IMG/VR virus record: IMGVR_UViG_3300045996_001340
Span: 1-59,720 of that record
Origin: a virus
Lineage: Duplodnaviria; Caudoviricetes
Strand: one strand, 5' to 3'
Length of the DNA stretch: 59,720 bases
The position numbers and the translations under genes were made by a program. How positions within the stretch are numbered: position 1 is the stretch's first letter; every line of letters begins with the position of its first letter. Below are positions 8,020 through 18,089 of the stretch, piece after piece. The notes under the pieces are model-generated. The model saw only the letters and a program-made list of their open reading frames with translations, made no database searches and was not told the DNA's origin.

Positions 8020-8741
8020 TCGAGCGCGAGGACGACGAAGACACCTCGTGGCTCGATGACGTCGACGAGGACGTAGAGGAGTGGCTGCGCGATCAGCCGC
8101 CGGCAGAGGGCGACCCCTTGTCGCCGAATGGTCCGGTGAAGCTCGAGCCCGTTGCAGGGCCGACGCCCGGCGAGAACGCATTCCTCGATCTGCTGCAGGA
8201 CGACACGACCCCGAGTACGCGGTACCCGACCGTGCCGATGGACGTCGAGACGAAGTACGTCCAGGCGGTCCGTCAGCTGCAGATGATCCGCCCGAGCCAG
8301 CGCACGTTCATTCGCGCGCTCGTGCAAGAGGCGGGCGATGTGCCTTCCGCGCTGCGCGTCTACAACGCTCGCTTCTCGAAGAAGCTGAGCTACAACCAGG
8401 TCCAGCGCTGGAACCACAACGAGAACTATCGCGGCGCGCTGCAGACCGCACTGAACTACTACCTCGACCTGCACGGCATCAACCCGACGAACGTCCTGTT
8501 GAAGTCGCAACGAGTGTATAGCGCGGCGATGGAGCCGGCGCCGATCCTGCACAAGGGTCGCGCGACGGGTCACTTTGAGCGGCAGCTCGGCGTCGCGGCC
8601 CGCATGGTCGAGACGCAGGGCAAATGGGTTGGGCTCGAGAAGCCCGAGAACAATGGCGGACGCGCTCGCGTACGCATCATCCGCCTGAGCTCGCGAGGGC
8701 AGGGCGACGAAGCGATCGACGTCGAGGTTGGCGGTGGCTGA
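8016..8741 (+). CDS. Probable terminase small subunit
   Basis: Overlaps terL start; helical core (VQRWNHNENY) and GKWVGL motif. Confidence 0.65.
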   Translation: MIEREDDEDTSWLDDVDEDVEEWLRDQPPAEGDPLSPNGPVKLEPVAGPTPGENAFLDLLQDDTTPSTRYPTVPMDVETKYVQAVRQLQMIRPSQRTFIRALVQEAGDVPSALRVYNARFSKKLSYNQVQRWNHNENYRGALQTALNYYLDLHGINPTNVLLKSQRVYSAAMEPAPILHKGRATGHFERQLGVAARMVETQGKWVGLEKPENNGGRARVRIIRLSSRGQGDEAIDVEVGGG

Positions 8742-10209
8742 CACTTTCAATTTCGAGTACGAGTCGCAGGGCGAGGTGTTGGAGGCGTGGGGCTTGTCCC
8801 GCGCGCCGGTGCACCTGATCCGCGGCCCGATCGGCTCCGGTAAGACCTGGCGCGCGATCTTCAAGATGATCGAGCTGTGTTGCGACCAACGTCCGAACCA
8901 GGACGGCGTGCGCAAGACGATGGCCGCGGTGGTTCGCAAGACCTACCCGGAAATCAAGAGCTCGATCCTGAAGGACGTGCAGCAGCTGATCCCGCCGGAG
9001 CTCGGCAAGCTCACGCTCGGCCACCCGCCGCAGCTCGAGCTCGACTTCGATCTCGACGACGGCACGCGCGTTCAGGCGACGATTCAGTTCCTCGCGCTCG
9101 ATGTGCCGGCGGATGCGAACAAAGTCCGCGGCATGAACATCTCGTGGGCGTGGATCAACGAAGCGAACCTGCTCTCGCGCGATGTCTTCGACATGGTCGC
9201 GGCCCGCACGGGACGCTATAAGCCCGGCACGAATACATGGGCGGGCGTCTTCGCCGACTGCAACCCCTGGAACCAGGATCACTGGATGCAGGAGGTCGTC
9301 GAAGACAAGAAGAAAAACCCGCAAAAGTGGGAAGGTTGGGAGGTGTTCGTACAGCCCCCGGCCGTCATTCGAACCGAGACCGGTTGGCGAGTCAACGAGG
9401 CGGCCGAGAACCAGGCGCTGCTCAAGACTGGCTACATCGAACGCATCCTCACGGGTAAGCGCGAGGACTGGATCCGGGTCAACCTCGGTAACGAGATCGG
9501 ATTCAGCTTCGACGGCAAACCTGTGCATCCGGACTATTCGGACGCATACCACGTCGCGAAGGAGCCGCTTATCCCCAGCGCCGGTGTCTGTTACATCGGT
9601 CTGGACTTCGGGCTCACGCCCGCCGCCGTTTTCTGGCAACGCCAGGGCAGCGGCTGCTGGTGGGGGTTCGACGAGCTGGTCGAGATGGACATGCACAACG
9701 AGGCGTTCGCGCGGCTGCTGAAGGCGCGCATCGCCGACTGGCGCACGCGCGTCCCGGGCTTGATGTTCAAGCTCGTGGGCGACCCGAGCGGCGACAATCG
9801 CTCGATGACCGATGGACGCACGACGCTGCAGATGTATCGGCTGCACGGACTGAACGTGCTGCCGGCTTCGTCGAACGACCCGCAGGTCCGGCGCGATGCG
9901 CTGATCCGCCCGCTGACGCGCAGCGTCGGGCAGGGCAAACCCGGACTGCTGTTGTCGCCGCACATGACGCACCTGCGCAAATCTCTGGCTGGCGCATGGA
10001 GCTACAAGAAAGTCGAAACTACCGGGCCTGAACGATTCAAGGACGAGCCCGATAAGTCGCAGCACTCGCACGTCGGCGAAGCCGCTGAGTACGGACTCAT
10101 GGACGCCGGCGAGCATGCGATCCGCAACGCCGATGCCTTGAAGCAGCAGCAAGTCGCAGGACCTGTCATGCCGCAGAAACCGATGGCTTGGGATCCCTTT
10201 AGGTGCTGA
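8734..10209 (+). CDS. terL: Terminase large subunit
   Basis: Walker A GPIGSGKT, Walker B WINEA, coupling motif DCNP, nuclease GLDFG..GDPSG..HVGEA. Confidence 0.95.
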   Translation: MADTFNFEYESQGEVLEAWGLSRAPVHLIRGPIGSGKTWRAIFKMIELCCDQRPNQDGVRKTMAAVVRKTYPEIKSSILKDVQQLIPPELGKLTLGHPPQLELDFDLDDGTRVQATIQFLALDVPADANKVRGMNISWAWINEANLLSRDVFDMVAARTGRYKPGTNTWAGVFADCNPWNQDHWMQEVVEDKKKNPQKWEGWEVFVQPPAVIRTETGWRVNEAAENQALLKTGYIERILTGKREDWIRVNLGNEIGFSFDGKPVHPDYSDAYHVAKEPLIPSAGVCYIGLDFGLTPAAVFWQRQGSGCWWGFDELVEMDMHNEAFARLLKARIADWRTRVPGLMFKLVGDPSGDNRSMTDGRTTLQMYRLHGLNVLPASSNDPQVRRDALIRPLTRSVGQGKPGLLLSPHMTHLRKSLAGAWSYKKVETTGPERFKDEPDKSQHSHVGEAAEYGLMDAGEHAIRNADALKQQQVAGPVMPQKPMAWDPFRC

Positions 10210-10589
10210 GCCTTCTCGATCTGGCGGACTGCAATCCGTGCGAGTTCGTTTTGGTCTACACCCGGCGCGAGCCGGACGCGGCGTTCTGGACGAGGTGGCT
10301 GCACCCCGACTTCGCACACGTCGAGATCTGGCGGTCGATCGGCGAGGACATGTACCTCACGCTCGAGCCGTTTCACGACTACCTCGCGATCGGGCTTGCG
10401 GAAGGACTGCCGGCGGATGCGATCTGTCAGCGCGTCACGGCACGGCGCCGTCGCGGCACACCGCTCGTACCGGTCGGCGTGAAGACCTGCGTCTCCGTCG
10501 TCAAGGCTGCGCTCGGGCTGCGCGCCGCGTGGATCCTCACGCCGAAGCAGCTGTACGAATACATCAAGAACAAAAAGGGCGTCGTCTAA
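10203..10589 (+). CDS. Putative permuted papain-like (His-before-Cys) protein
   Basis: FAHV...TCVSVVKAALG...TPKQLY. Confidence 0.55.
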   Translation: MLSLLDLADCNPCEFVLVYTRREPDAAFWTRWLHPDFAHVEIWRSIGEDMYLTLEPFHDYLAIGLAEGLPADAICQRVTARRRRGTPLVPVGVKTCVSVVKAALGLRAAWILTPKQLYEYIKNKKGVV

Positions 10590-10976
10590 GTGGGCAAGAA
10601 AACAAGCGAGGCGGCGAAGTTCAACGCTGACGACTTCAAGTACGGGCTCGGCGCCGCGGGCGTGACGCGCATCTACAAGAAGGGCAAGGCGTCGGGCGAC
10701 GACATGAGCCCGGAGATGCCCGGCGAAACGCCGGAAGAGCGCTCGATGCGCAACCGCCAAGCAGAGACGCTCGCGAAGCTCGACGAAGATGAGAACCGTC
10801 GCATCAAGGGAATCATGCAAGGCACCCTCGGCACGCGTCTGCTGCGCAATGCGCGCTCGACGGCGAAGAGCTCTGGCGTGTCTGGTGCTGCAGCCAGCGC
10901 GAGCTCGGGCTCGTCCGGCGGCGCAGTCACCCGCGCTACTGGCGGCGGTGCTCGCAGCAAATCGTTGATCGACTGA
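10590..10976 (+). CDS. Virion-associated low-complexity protein (T7 gp7.3-like position)
   Basis: Directly before the portal gene; Gly/Ser/Ala-rich tail. Confidence 0.6.
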   Translation: MGKKTSEAAKFNADDFKYGLGAAGVTRIYKKGKASGDDMSPEMPGETPEERSMRNRQAETLAKLDEDENRRIKGIMQGTLGTRLLRNARSTAKSSGVSGAAASASSGSSGGAVTRATGGGARSKSLID

Positions 10977-12538
10977 TGGGTCACATCTCCTCCCTTCCGT
11001 TCTATCTCGAAGACGTCGACACGCTGCTCAAGCGGCAGGCGGCTGCCGCCAGGCGCAAGGAGCTTTGGCGCTCGACGTACACCGAAGCCTATCGCTACGC
11101 GATGCCTGCGCGCGAGAACTTCAACTGGTCGACCGAAGGCTCCGAGAAGCAGCAACAGCTGTTCGACTCGACGCTCCAGGAGCTGACGTACGAAGCGGCG
11201 AACACGTTGTGCGCGCTGCTGTTCCCCTCGTGGAAACGCTGGGCGAACCTCGGCCCCGGCGGCGCGATCCCGAAGGACGCCCCGCAATACGCTGAAGTCG
11301 AGAAGGGCCTGCAGAAGGCGACCGACGTGTTCTTCGAGTTCCTGAACGACTCGAACTTCGCGACTGTCATCAACGAGACCGCGCTCGACCTCATGGTCGG
11401 CACCGGCGCGCTGATGTTCGACGAAGGCGACATGACGAAGCCGTTCGTCTTCACCTCGGTGCCGCTGGCGGCGCTCGAGCTCGAGGAAGGCCCCGACGGC
11501 TCGATCGAGACCGAGTTCATGTGTCGCAAGCCGGCCGCGCGGAACATCACGCGCATGTACCCCGGCACGGAGAGCTTCGATCTTTCCGCGGCGATTCAAA
11601 CCGCGATCGTGACGTCACCGGACACCGAATTCGAAATCGTCCAGTGTCACGTCTACGATCCGCAGACGAAGAAGTATTTCGGCATCGCGCTCGAGAAGGC
11701 GACGAAGAATATCTTCTGGCGTTGGGACTACGACAAGAGTTGCCCGATGATCGTTGCCCGCGCAACGAAGACCGCGGGCGAGCTCTACGGTCGCGGTCGC
11801 GTGCTGCAGGCTCTGCCGGATGCGCGCACGCTGAACAAGATGCAGGAGTTCGTCCTGCGCCAAGCCGCGCTTGCCGTGGCGCCGCCGATGACCGGCGTGA
11901 GCGACGGCGTGCTGAACCCGTACACCGCGACGGTTCAGCCGAACACGATCATTCCGGTCTCTTCGAACGCCACCGACAACCCGTCGCTGCGCGTGATGGA
12001 GAACCGCGCGAACTTCAGCATCACCGAGAAGCTGATGGACGATCTGCGCGAGCGCCTGCGCCGCGCGATGCTCGGCCCCGAGGGCAGCACCGGTCAGCCG
12101 CTGTCGGCGTCCGAGATCAACATCGCCGATCGCAACCGCCTGTGGGCGATGAACGGCGAGTTCAACCGCATCCAGTCTGAGCTGTTGACGAAGATCGTCG
12201 CGCGCGGCGTGTTCATTCTCCAGCGCAAGGGAATCATTCCTCGTTTCGAGATCGACGGCCGCGAAGTGAACATCCGCTACGACTCGCCGTTCGCGCGCTC
12301 ACAGAACAGCGAGGACGTGCTGGCGCTGCAGTCGACGCTCAACACGCTGCTGCCTCTCGGCCCCGAGCTCATCTCGCTCGGCATCAAGGTGGAGAACCTG
12401 CCCGAGTGGGTGTCGCGTAAATCGGGCGTCGATATGTCGCTCGTGCGTGACGAAGACGAACGTAAACAGAAGGGCGAAGAACTCGCCCAGGCTGCGGCGG
12501 TGGCCGCGGCCGCAGAGGCTGAAGGAGCTGCTGCGTGA
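10976..12538 (+). CDS. Portal (head-tail connector, T7 gp8-like)
   Basis: YAMP.R...FDST...LFP...DLMVGTG...GELYGRG...PP...SASEI; 520 aa. Confidence 0.92.
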   Translation: MGHISSLPFYLEDVDTLLKRQAAAARRKELWRSTYTEAYRYAMPARENFNWSTEGSEKQQQLFDSTLQELTYEAANTLCALLFPSWKRWANLGPGGAIPKDAPQYAEVEKGLQKATDVFFEFLNDSNFATVINETALDLMVGTGALMFDEGDMTKPFVFTSVPLAALELEEGPDGSIETEFMCRKPAARNITRMYPGTESFDLSAAIQTAIVTSPDTEFEIVQCHVYDPQTKKYFGIALEKATKNIFWRWDYDKSCPMIVARATKTAGELYGRGRVLQALPDARTLNKMQEFVLRQAALAVAPPMTGVSDGVLNPYTATVQPNTIIPVSSNATDNPSLRVMENRANFSITEKLMDDLRERLRRAMLGPEGSTGQPLSASEINIADRNRLWAMNGEFNRIQSELLTKIVARGVFILQRKGIIPRFEIDGREVNIRYDSPFARSQNSEDVLALQSTLNTLLPLGPELISLGIKVENLPEWVSRKSGVDMSLVRDEDERKQKGEELAQAAAVAAAAEAEGAAA

Positions 12539-12795
12539 CCGATTGGTTGGACGACGGCGCCGATGCACGCATCGAGCAGCACAACAAGGCGCTCGACTTC
12601 GCGAAGCTCTACGTGGCCGTGTTCGTGAACAACGAAGCGGGCCGCGAGCTCTTGCAGCACTGGTCGCAGCACTACGCGCGCAAGCGCACGCCGATGAACG
12701 CACCGCATACCGAGTATGCCGCGAACGAGGCGCTGCGCGCTTTCGTTCAAGGCATCGAAGACCAGATTCGATTTGCCTCATCCCGAGGCGGCTAA
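12535..12795 (+). CDS. Bbp19-like phage protein
   Basis: VF...AGRELL...NEALRAFV; lies between portal and scaffold. Confidence 0.7.
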   Translation: MTDWLDDGADARIEQHNKALDFAKLYVAVFVNNEAGRELLQHWSQHYARKRTPMNAPHTEYAANEALRAFVQGIEDQIRFASSRGG

Positions 12796-12807
12796 CGAGA
12801 GTACGTA

Positions 12808-13695
12808 ATGACAGAAGCGACGGCCACACCTGCGGCGGCTGCACCAGCAGCTACACCCGCGGCGGCAACCCCTGCGATCGACTCACTGATTCCCGCCGAA
12901 GCAGCCGCACCAGCGGCAGCCGCGGCACCTGCGGCGGCAACGCCTGTTGCGCAACCGGCCGCAGCTGCTCCTGCAGCGACGCCGGCGGCGACCCCTCCTG
13001 TCGAGACGCCGGCTCAGCCGACGTGGTTCTACAGCGACGGCACGCCCGGTAAGGGCGAAGCCCCTGCCTGGTTCAAGAAGGACAAGTACCAGAACGTCGA
13101 GGCGCAAGCGATTGCGTACGGCGAGCTGGAGAAACGCTTCGGCTCGTTCGTCGGTGCTCCGAAGGACGGCAAGTACGAAGCCAAGGTGCCCGACGGCGTG
13201 ACGGGCGAATTCGATACCAAGCATCCGCTCTACGGCGAGTTCTCGAAGTGGGCGGCCGGCGCTCAGCTCAGCCAGGACGGGTTCACGCAGGTGCTCGGCA
13301 TGCTGGCGCGATACGAAGCGTCGCAGGTCGTGAACTTCGAACAGGTCAAGAAGGACGTCGGTCCGAACGCAGACGTGCGTCTCACCCAGCTCGCACAGTG
13401 GGGCAAGACCAACCTGCCCGGCGAACTCTACAACGACTTCCGCCAGACGATGTCCGAGAAGAACGCCGCGACGGTGTTCAAGGTGCTCGAGCACATCGTG
13501 TCGAAGACCGGCCAGGCGCGAGTGCCTGCACCAGGCGGCGAGACGATCGGTGCAGTACCAACCGGTGTTGCGGCAATCGTCGCGCGCATGCGCTCCGAGA
13601 AGGACGCGAACGGCGGACAGAAGTACTTCACGGACGCGAAGTTCCGAGCGGAGATGGATGCCGCGCTCACCAACGCTCAAGGACAAGCCGCATGA
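12808..13695 (+). CDS. Capsid scaffolding protein
   Basis: Ala/Pro-rich N-terminus, AYGELEKRFG..AP..Y, C-terminal KY..D..FR. Confidence 0.8.
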   Translation: MTEATATPAAAAPAATPAAATPAIDSLIPAEAAAPAAAAAPAAATPVAQPAAAAPAATPAATPPVETPAQPTWFYSDGTPGKGEAPAWFKKDKYQNVEAQAIAYGELEKRFGSFVGAPKDGKYEAKVPDGVTGEFDTKHPLYGEFSKWAAGAQLSQDGFTQVLGMLARYEASQVVNFEQVKKDVGPNADVRLTQLAQWGKTNLPGELYNDFRQTMSEKNAATVFKVLEHIVSKTGQARVPAPGGETIGAVPTGVAAIVARMRSEKDANGGQKYFTDAKFRAEMDAALTNAQGQAA

Positions 13696-13868
13696 AGATC
13701 CTGCTCTTGATCCTGTTGCTCAACCAGAACGGCGAAATCGAGAAGGGTTTCGCCGCTCCGCAAGCGAGCCGCGAGCAGTGCGAGAAGGCTCGCGCGGAGC
13801 TGCCTCCGGCGCCTGAAGGCTACCGGGTGCGGTCGTACTGCGTTGATCCGAAGCAAGTTGTGATCTGA
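13692..13868 (+). CDS. Small two-Cys protein with hydrophobic N-terminus
   Basis: MKILLLILLL...SREQCEKA...SYCV; ATGA coupling. Confidence 0.65.
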   Translation: MKILLLILLLNQNGEIEKGFAAPQASREQCEKARAELPPAPEGYRVRSYCVDPKQVVI

Positions 13869-13874
13869 GCTTTT

Positions 13875-14089
13875 TGACTGCCTCCTCGAAAGAGGGGGCA
13901 GCAGAAAAGAACAGATTCGGCGATCCCGCGGGGACCTCGAAAGAGCCCGCACCAGGATACGCCCGACGATCGTCACGTCACGGCGATGAGTGCAAGAGAG
14001 GGCCGGGTCACCGGGACCCCGATCACGCGCATACGGGTGCAAGCCCCGGCGATTCCAAAAATAACATCTCAACACTCTGAGGTTCACTC
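13875..14089 (+). ncRNA. Structured leader of the capsid gene
   Basis: About 215 nt non-coding, with GAAA-capped stems at 13878-13901 and about 13928-13950 and further CCGGG/CCCGG pairing. Confidence 0.5.
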
Positions 14090-14968
14090 ATGACGATTTC
14101 TCTTGGCGGCGTTCCGACCGCTACCACGAACGCTGCGATCATCGCATACGACACTGCGGTGAAGATGGCGTACCAGGGCTCCAGCCGCCTGCGCAACACG
14201 GTCAACGTGAAGACGGGCGTGACGGGCGCTTCGTACAACTTCCGCAAGTTCGGCACCGGCGTCGCGATCCAGCACACGAGCAACGAGCTCATCACCCCGG
14301 CCGACTACCAGCACAGCAAGATCGCGGCGACGCTTTCGAACTGGCGCATCGGCGATTACACGGACCTGTTCGATCAGGCCGAGACGACTGTCGACGAGCG
14401 CGCACTTCTGGCGCAGTCGAACGCGATGGCCCTCGGCCGCGCGGAAGACCAGCTCATCATCGACGCGCTCGACGCGGCGACGAGCATCGCGGGCACGGTC
14501 GACGAAGACCTCGGCGGCACGAACACGCCGATCAACAAGGAAAAGCTCCTGCGTGCGAAGCGCTATCTGACGGCGCAGCAGGCCGATGCCACCCAGCATT
14601 CGATCGTGGTCAACGCGATCGGCATGGAAGGTGCGCTGTCGGAAGTCGAAGTGACGAGCGCCGACTACCAAACGATGCGTGCGCTGGCCGAGAACGGCGG
14701 CACGATGCAGGGCAAGTCGGCCTTCGGCTTCAACTGGACCGTCCTCGAAGACCGCGCTGAAGGCGGCCTGCCGACCGGCTCCGCGAGCATCCGTCTGTGC
14801 TTCGCCTACGACAAGGCGGCCGTCGGTCTCGCAACGGCACTCGAGCCGTCCACCCGCGTCGACTTCATCCCGGAACGCTACAGCTACCTCTCGCAGGGCG
14901 TGCTGAAGGCGGGCGCCGTGGTGATCGATGCCAAGGGCGTCGTCGAAGTGCAGAGCTACGAAGCCTAA
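14090..14968 (+). CDS. Major capsid protein
   Basis: VKMAYQGSSRLRNTV...FRKFG...ALGRAEDQLII...GAVVIDAKGVV; follows the scaffold gene. Confidence 0.9.
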   Translation: MTISLGGVPTATTNAAIIAYDTAVKMAYQGSSRLRNTVNVKTGVTGASYNFRKFGTGVAIQHTSNELITPADYQHSKIAATLSNWRIGDYTDLFDQAETTVDERALLAQSNAMALGRAEDQLIIDALDAATSIAGTVDEDLGGTNTPINKEKLLRAKRYLTAQQADATQHSIVVNAIGMEGALSEVEVTSADYQTMRALAENGGTMQGKSAFGFNWTVLEDRAEGGLPTGSASIRLCFAYDKAAVGLATALEPSTRVDFIPERYSYLSQGVLKAGAVVIDAKGVVEVQSYEA

Positions 14969-14976
14969 TCGGCTGC

Positions 14977-15004
14977 GGGCGATGCGGCGTAAGTCGCGTC
15001 GCCC
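14977..15004 (+). terminator. GC-rich hairpin after the capsid gene (terminator/attenuator)
   Basis: GGGCGATGCGGC-GTAA-GTCGCGTCGCCC followed by a pyrimidine tail. Confidence 0.5.
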
Positions 15005-15043
15005 TCTCTGCTTCCAACCAACTTTCATTCGAGGACTCTTTCA

Positions 15044-15334
15044 ATGGCTTTCACTATCGATACTCTCAAGCGGCTCGGGCCGCAGAACAGCGGCGCTCCG
15101 TCGGTCTGGACGTACGCAACGGCCGACGCGCTCACGGCGACGGACGCAGCGGGCTATTTCAACAACGCAGCTGACCGTCTCCAGGTCGGCGACTGGATTC
15201 TCGTGTCCAGCACTTCGACGTACGGCATTCAGATCGTGAATGCGAACTCGCGCGACCTGACGGCTTCGCCGCCGGTCGAGGGCGTGGTCGACGTCGCGAA
15301 CGCGCTGGCCGCCGGCACGATCGACTCCGACTAA
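15044..15334 (+). CDS. Probable capsid decoration protein
   Basis: WTYATADA...AGYFN.A...LQVGDWI; directly after the capsid gene. Confidence 0.7.
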   Translation: MAFTIDTLKRLGPQNSGAPSVWTYATADALTATDAAGYFNNAADRLQVGDWILVSSTSTYGIQIVNANSRDLTASPPVEGVVDVANALAAGTIDSD

Positions 15335-15390
15335 CCAGGGCGGCCTGCAAGGGCTGGCCTTCCGGCCCTTGCTTCCGTACGGGAGCAGCA

Positions 15391-15810
15391 ATGGCAACAC
15401 GTCTCGGACAGCTCGAGAAAGATCTGAACAAGGTCTTCACCCGAGCCAACGGCCCGATTTCCAAAGTGGGTTCGTTCACAGGAACGCTCACAGGCTACGC
15501 CTCGCCGCCCACGGGCGCGGTCACGTTCATCGTCAACGGCAAGCTCGCATTGCTTCAACTGCCGGCGCTTACCGGCACGTCGAACGCGACGGGCATGACG
15601 CTCACCGGCGCTCCGGTGGAAGTTCGCCCGAAGACGGCAAAGACGGTGCTCGTGCTCATCACGAACAACGGCACTGCTGCGGTCGCGCAGGCAGTCATCG
15701 GCACGGACGGCGTCATCACCTTTTCGAACGGTATCGGCGTCGGCACTGCCTTCACCAACTCCGGCACGAAGGGCATTCAAAAACTTCAGGTCCCGTACTC
15801 GCTCGAGTAA
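15391..15810 (+). CDS. Beta-rich virion protein (fibre-like)
   Basis: Gly/Thr-rich, P.EVRP motif of fibre tip domains. Confidence 0.6.
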   Translation: MATRLGQLEKDLNKVFTRANGPISKVGSFTGTLTGYASPPTGAVTFIVNGKLALLQLPALTGTSNATGMTLTGAPVEVRPKTAKTVLVLITNNGTAAVAQAVIGTDGVITFSNGIGVGTAFTNSGTKGIQKLQVPYSLE

Positions 15811-15825
15811 CGGCAGGAACAACAC

Positions 15826-16083
15826 ATGCAGAGCAACCCAGGATTGTCGCCGGAAGTGCTGAAGGCTCGCTTCGCCGAGCTCAAAGAGTACATCGACAAG
15901 ACGAACGAATCGATCAAGCCGCTGAAGGCCAAGCTCGAAGTCGCGAACGCAGAAGCCGAGAAGGCGCGTGTCGCAGCAACGGCAATCGCCCGAGAGATCT
16001 ACGAAGCACGCGGCAGCGCCGAGTGGTTCAAGATCAAGAAGGAGTACGGCACGATCGCGAAGATTCTCAGCGGTCAGAAATGA
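15826..16083 (+). CDS. Coiled-coil protein
   Basis: AGGA RBS; heptad pattern. Confidence 0.7.
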   Translation: MQSNPGLSPEVLKARFAELKEYIDKTNESIKPLKAKLEVANAEAEKARVAATAIAREIYEARGSAEWFKIKKEYGTIAKILSGQK

Positions 16084-16409
16084 CCGTTCACGCAATCATT
16101 CACATGGTGCCGCTTGACGCTAAGCGGCAGCCATTGTGCAAACCGATCCTCGCCGGCTCGATCCCCCGAGACGGCGCCCCGCATCGAGTAGCGATCTCAC
16201 TCGAGAAGACAACGATAAAGACGTTTCCGCACTACGTGTTCGTGTATGCCGACGGCAACACAAAGCGAGGCGGCGTGTTCGAGTGCGATACCGCGGCACC
16301 GGAAAAGCTGCGGGCGCTTGAGCATCTAACGCTCTATCAGATGCTGGCAGTCAACCCCCCTTCCGCACTGAGGACGTTTCTCAATGGCAACTTTTGCTTT
16401 CTATCATGA
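16080..16409 (+). CDS. Hypothetical protein
   Basis: ATGA coupling to the previous gene; fills the gap. Confidence 0.5.
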   Translation: MTVHAIIHMVPLDAKRQPLCKPILAGSIPRDGAPHRVAISLEKTTIKTFPHYVFVYADGNTKRGGVFECDTAAPEKLRALEHLTLYQMLAVNPPSALRTFLNGNFCFLS

Positions 16410-16833
16410 CTTCGTCGAAGACCTCGGTCTCGGCGTCCACAACCTGAGCACGGGCTCGATCAAGGTTGTCCTCCACAACACCGACGCTGCAGTCGCAACG
16501 GCCGGCGTCTACGCAGACATCACGCCGATCACGGCGCAGAACGGGTACTCCGCTGGCGGCCCGACGCTCGACTCGGAAGCGTGGGCAGAGACAGCGGGCG
16601 GGTCCGGCATCTGGCAGTTCACTGCGGCCGACGAAGTGCTCACCGCATCTGGCGGCAGCTTCGGTCCGTTCCGATACGCCAGCGCGTACAACGACACTCC
16701 GACGTCTCCAGCGGACCCTCTCATCGGCAAACTCGACTACGGTTCGAGCATCACGGTGACGGACACCAACACGTTCACGCTCGACATCGGCTCGAGCGGC
16801 ATCTTCCGCGTCGGCACCGGCACGATCACCTAA
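16384..16833 (+). CDS. Small beta-sandwich fibre/structural subunit
   Basis: HNL...IKVVL...NGYSAGG...GPFRYA..YNDT...LIG.LDYG. Confidence 0.75.
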   Translation: MATFAFYHDFVEDLGLGVHNLSTGSIKVVLHNTDAAVATAGVYADITPITAQNGYSAGGPTLDSEAWAETAGGSGIWQFTAADEVLTASGGSFGPFRYASAYNDTPTSPADPLIGKLDYGSSITVTDTNTFTLDIGSSGIFRVGTGTIT

Positions 16834-16840
16834 GACCGGC

Positions 16841-18082
16841 ATGGTCACGCTGGTTCTTCGAGCAAAGAGCGCAGTCGGTCTCTTCGGCGATTCAAGCGCC
16901 GCGGAGGCCGACTGGGTCGCCCGTTCCACCGCGGCCGACGTTGTTTGGGCTCACGACTTCCGCTACGAGAACGAAGTCAAAGCGTTCCGGTATTCCGGCG
17001 GCTACGGTAACGACCCTGAGAACACGCAGAACCAGCTCTGTACCTGGAAAGGTATCGAGCCAGGGAAGAACTACGGCGTTCTTGTGATGGGGCAGGCCGG
17101 CGACGGCGTCGATCGGCAGACTCCCGGCTGGTGGCGCCCGATGTCGGCGATTCAGGCTGGCGACAACGGACTCCCCTACGATGATCTAGGTGCGAGCGGC
17201 ACACTGCCGCGCCGCGCCTGGAACTCGGCGTCCACCACGACAAACTTCACCTGGCGATACGGCTACTACGGCCACGTCGACTACCACACCGGCGGCACGT
17301 TCGGCCCGGATTGGCAGGGGCGCACGAACGTCTGGGACGGCGACGAGTTCTACGTCCAGTTCCGCGTGCGAAACACCGGCGATCGATGGTTCGGATACAA
17401 CGGCGACGCAAGCGGCGAGGAGCCAGGCAACGGCGGCTCGACGCGCAATCCGTCCGGCAAGCTGTTCTTTGTTGACACGACATCGGTCACGAGTGAGAGC
17501 GAGATCGTCGTCTACTCGGGCGGACCGGACCCCGGCTACTTCCACAGCACGTATCCGTTCCGTCAGTACACGGCGACGGGCAACCAGGCGGTGCTGCTGA
17601 CGTCGCCCCAGGGCGGCGGGGACGGCGCCTCAATGCAGGGCGGCGGTCCTTACGAAAGCACCTGCAAGATCGGCTTCGACACGAACCCGGAAAATATGTG
17701 CTGGGAGTGGCCGCGCGACGAGCAGTGGGTCACGGTACTGATGCGCGTCAAGCCAGGCCACGACAATCAGACCGAGTGGAATACGGACCCGAAGCCCCCG
17801 GTGTCGACATGGGCTAACAGGGACACGATCCTCGAAACGTGGGTCGCTCGTGAGGGCGAGACCAGCTACACGAAGGTATTCGAAAACACAGCCCTTGCGT
17901 TCGTCTTCGGCGACCGCAACGGCACCGGCGGCGTGTATGACACGCATCCACCAGGGTTCAACTCGATCTGCCCCTCGAACTACATGAACGGCTACAAGGC
18001 GATCCTCGGCCACGGCTGGGACCACGAGTACACGCAGATCATCTTCAGCAAGGGGCCGATCCCCTGTCCGCAGGCTTGGTAA
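16841..18082 (+). CDS. Putative carbohydrate-binding virion protein (LamG/lyase-like)
   Basis: Trp/Gly-rich; EFYVQFR...GKLF...QWVTVLMRV beta-sandwich pattern. Confidence 0.6.
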   Translation: MVTLVLRAKSAVGLFGDSSAAEADWVARSTAADVVWAHDFRYENEVKAFRYSGGYGNDPENTQNQLCTWKGIEPGKNYGVLVMGQAGDGVDRQTPGWWRPMSAIQAGDNGLPYDDLGASGTLPRRAWNSASTTTNFTWRYGYYGHVDYHTGGTFGPDWQGRTNVWDGDEFYVQFRVRNTGDRWFGYNGDASGEEPGNGGSTRNPSGKLFFVDTTSVTSESEIVVYSGGPDPGYFHSTYPFRQYTATGNQAVLLTSPQGGGDGASMQGGGPYESTCKIGFDTNPENMCWEWPRDEQWVTVLMRVKPGHDNQTEWNTDPKPPVSTWANRDTILETWVAREGETSYTKVFENTALAFVFGDRNGTGGVYDTHPPGFNSICPSNYMNGYKAILGHGWDHEYTQIIFSKGPIPCPQAW

Positions 18083-18089
18083 TCCCAAC

